This document shows positions 62,463 to 64,000 of a DNA stretch of 64,000 nucleotides, one piece after another. Position 1 is the stretch's first letter. Each line of letters begins with the position of its first letter. The translations under genes and the position numbers were made by a program. Under the pieces are notes generated by a model. The model was not told where the DNA came from. It worked only from the letters and a program-made list of their open reading frames with translations, and did not search any database. Origin of the DNA: Psammoneis japonica (Eukaryota); assembly GCA_008632985.1 (NCBI GenBank), contig QPGO01000204.1:62001-126000 (forward strand). The letters run 5' to 3'.

Positions 62463-62904
62463 GGTGGTGATGCTTATGGGCCACGAAGCATTGCAGAGCA
62501 TAATAGACCTGGACCAAGAATACACGGTGACGACACGTACGGCCCTGCTTCTCTAGCATTCTAGGAACCCCTGTGGATACCCGAGATGGTCTGGACACGT
62601 ATTGAGCATGGGCCTGGACCTTACGCACGCCGAAGTGTTGGGAACACGTACGGACCCGGGCGTGGAATGAGTGCAGATCGATTTCGCCTCCTAGACTAAG
62701 TGAGGTGATTCGTACGGACCATCACAGCCACACGCACCTCGTGTCCTACCACACACTCATACGGTTTGGTGTAAGGTATGCTCTCTAGAACAAAAATCCC
62801 GAGCTTACTGCCGCTGCTCGCTCTTGCGATCGCAGCTTCTCTTGCATTATGTGGTACTCGTACAGAAGGGCGAGTAGCGATACCACAGAATTCAAAATCA
62901 CCTT

Positions 62905-63120
62905 GCTACCTGTCTCTATTTTAGCAAATTACAAAAATAGTATAAGTACAAGTGCTACAAGTGCCGCACATTTTGACTTTCCCGAATATTGCATGTCGTA
63001 TTTCCTGAATAATGCATGTCGTATTTTCCGAATACTACATCTTGCATTCCCAAAGGTTTTTCGTTGCATTCCCCGAACATTGCACGGTGCATTCCCCTTT
63101 CCCAAACACATCACATGGTC
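62905..63120. repeat. Dispersed repeat, copy 3 (see 42861-43050)
   Basis: Direct alignment. Confidence 0.85.
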
Positions 63121-63605
63121 ATTGTTGCTCATGATGCCCGAGCCTCCCTGGCTGCCACCCATGACATGGACAACATTGTTGAGCACCTGCAGGTAAAGTG
63201 CATCCGTCGCCTTGGTCCTGTCGCAACCACCTGATCGACTCAGAATGCCAAGAAATTATAGAGGAGGGGTTGTTCAAGGAATTAGAGAGCCCGTCTATGT
63301 AACAAAGGAAGCTGCTATGGGCAATACAAGGAAACAAAAGAGCAATTCAAGGACGTGAGGACCCGCAAGCATGTGGACTCAGACTTCTGTGAATCTTGCA
63401 CCTGTAGCCAAATCGATGCAAAGCACAGTTGCACCCCTCGTTTGTAACTCAAAGGGGCTTTATCGAGTCCCTCATACCATCATAATCGAAATGTAACTAT
63501 GACCAGTAGAGAACAGATGTTGATGCGAGTGTTTTCTCGGCATGCTGGGGTTTGCCAGTTCAATCTGTCGTGGCATGTTGCCTCTCCTCGAGGTCGTGGC
63601 ATGTA

Positions 63606-64000
63606 GCTCCTAGTCGCAATTAACCATTAACAGCACTAGACTATATTACTTTGTCAAATTACTCATTGATAAACCCATTCTCACCATTGCAGCAATGATT
63701 TCTAGCGCTTGGAGCCTTGCAGAGAGAACCACCTGCACACACCAAGTTCCGGATCAATCCTGCTTTCGGGCCTCAATGTCACTAATTGTGTTTGTTGACT
63801 TTTGACATTGCTTATATTCAATGCACTCCTATGTGTTAGATGCTTCCTGGACTATTGTAAAGTATTCAATCTATATTGATAACGAACTACGCATCTTTCC
63901 GTGCATGCAAAACGATGGAAACAGGTGTCCGACAAAAGGGTTCCGGCCAGCTATCGTCATTTACCTGTCGCTGGCAGCATTTTCTACAGTTTGATCCCGA
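63606..64000. repeat. Dispersed repeat, copy B (see 3346-3737), runs off window end
   Basis: Direct alignment. Confidence 0.85.

Overview
Eukaryotic DNA, very probably from a pennate diatom (inferred from the CoDi-type Ty1/copia element, short GT-AG introns and gene families). The window is a mosaic. Normal-composition blocks carry genes: a 4-TM membrane protein, IPI1/TEX10, a STRA6-like multipass protein, a GT11-like glycosyltransferase, a TLDc protein and two coiled-coil orphans, plus recent local duplications. About half of the window lies in sharply bounded blocks almost devoid of the dinucleotide TpA: ~1-1700, ~4740-5920, ~14100-19030, ~22960-24950, ~33720-40700 and ~44350-60180. Paired copies inside the window show why. 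TpA was converted to TpG or CpA (A-to-G on either strand), turning Tyr codons into Cys/His and erasing TAA/TAG stops. The pairs are the two LTRs of one copia element, two halves of a transposon-split gene copy, two SET-domain copies and a three-copy repeat. This is the reverse of fungal RIP and is separable from CpG decay. It is the best candidate here for an undescribed repeat/heterochromatin-directed adenine hypermutation system. Other highlights: a 6.5-kb CACTG-ended element with a TT target duplication and an internal ~180-bp array, a 259-bp hairpin element upstream of IPI1, and de novo TAG/CT-rich simple-sequence inserts near domain borders. All counts are hand alignments; no database searches were run.
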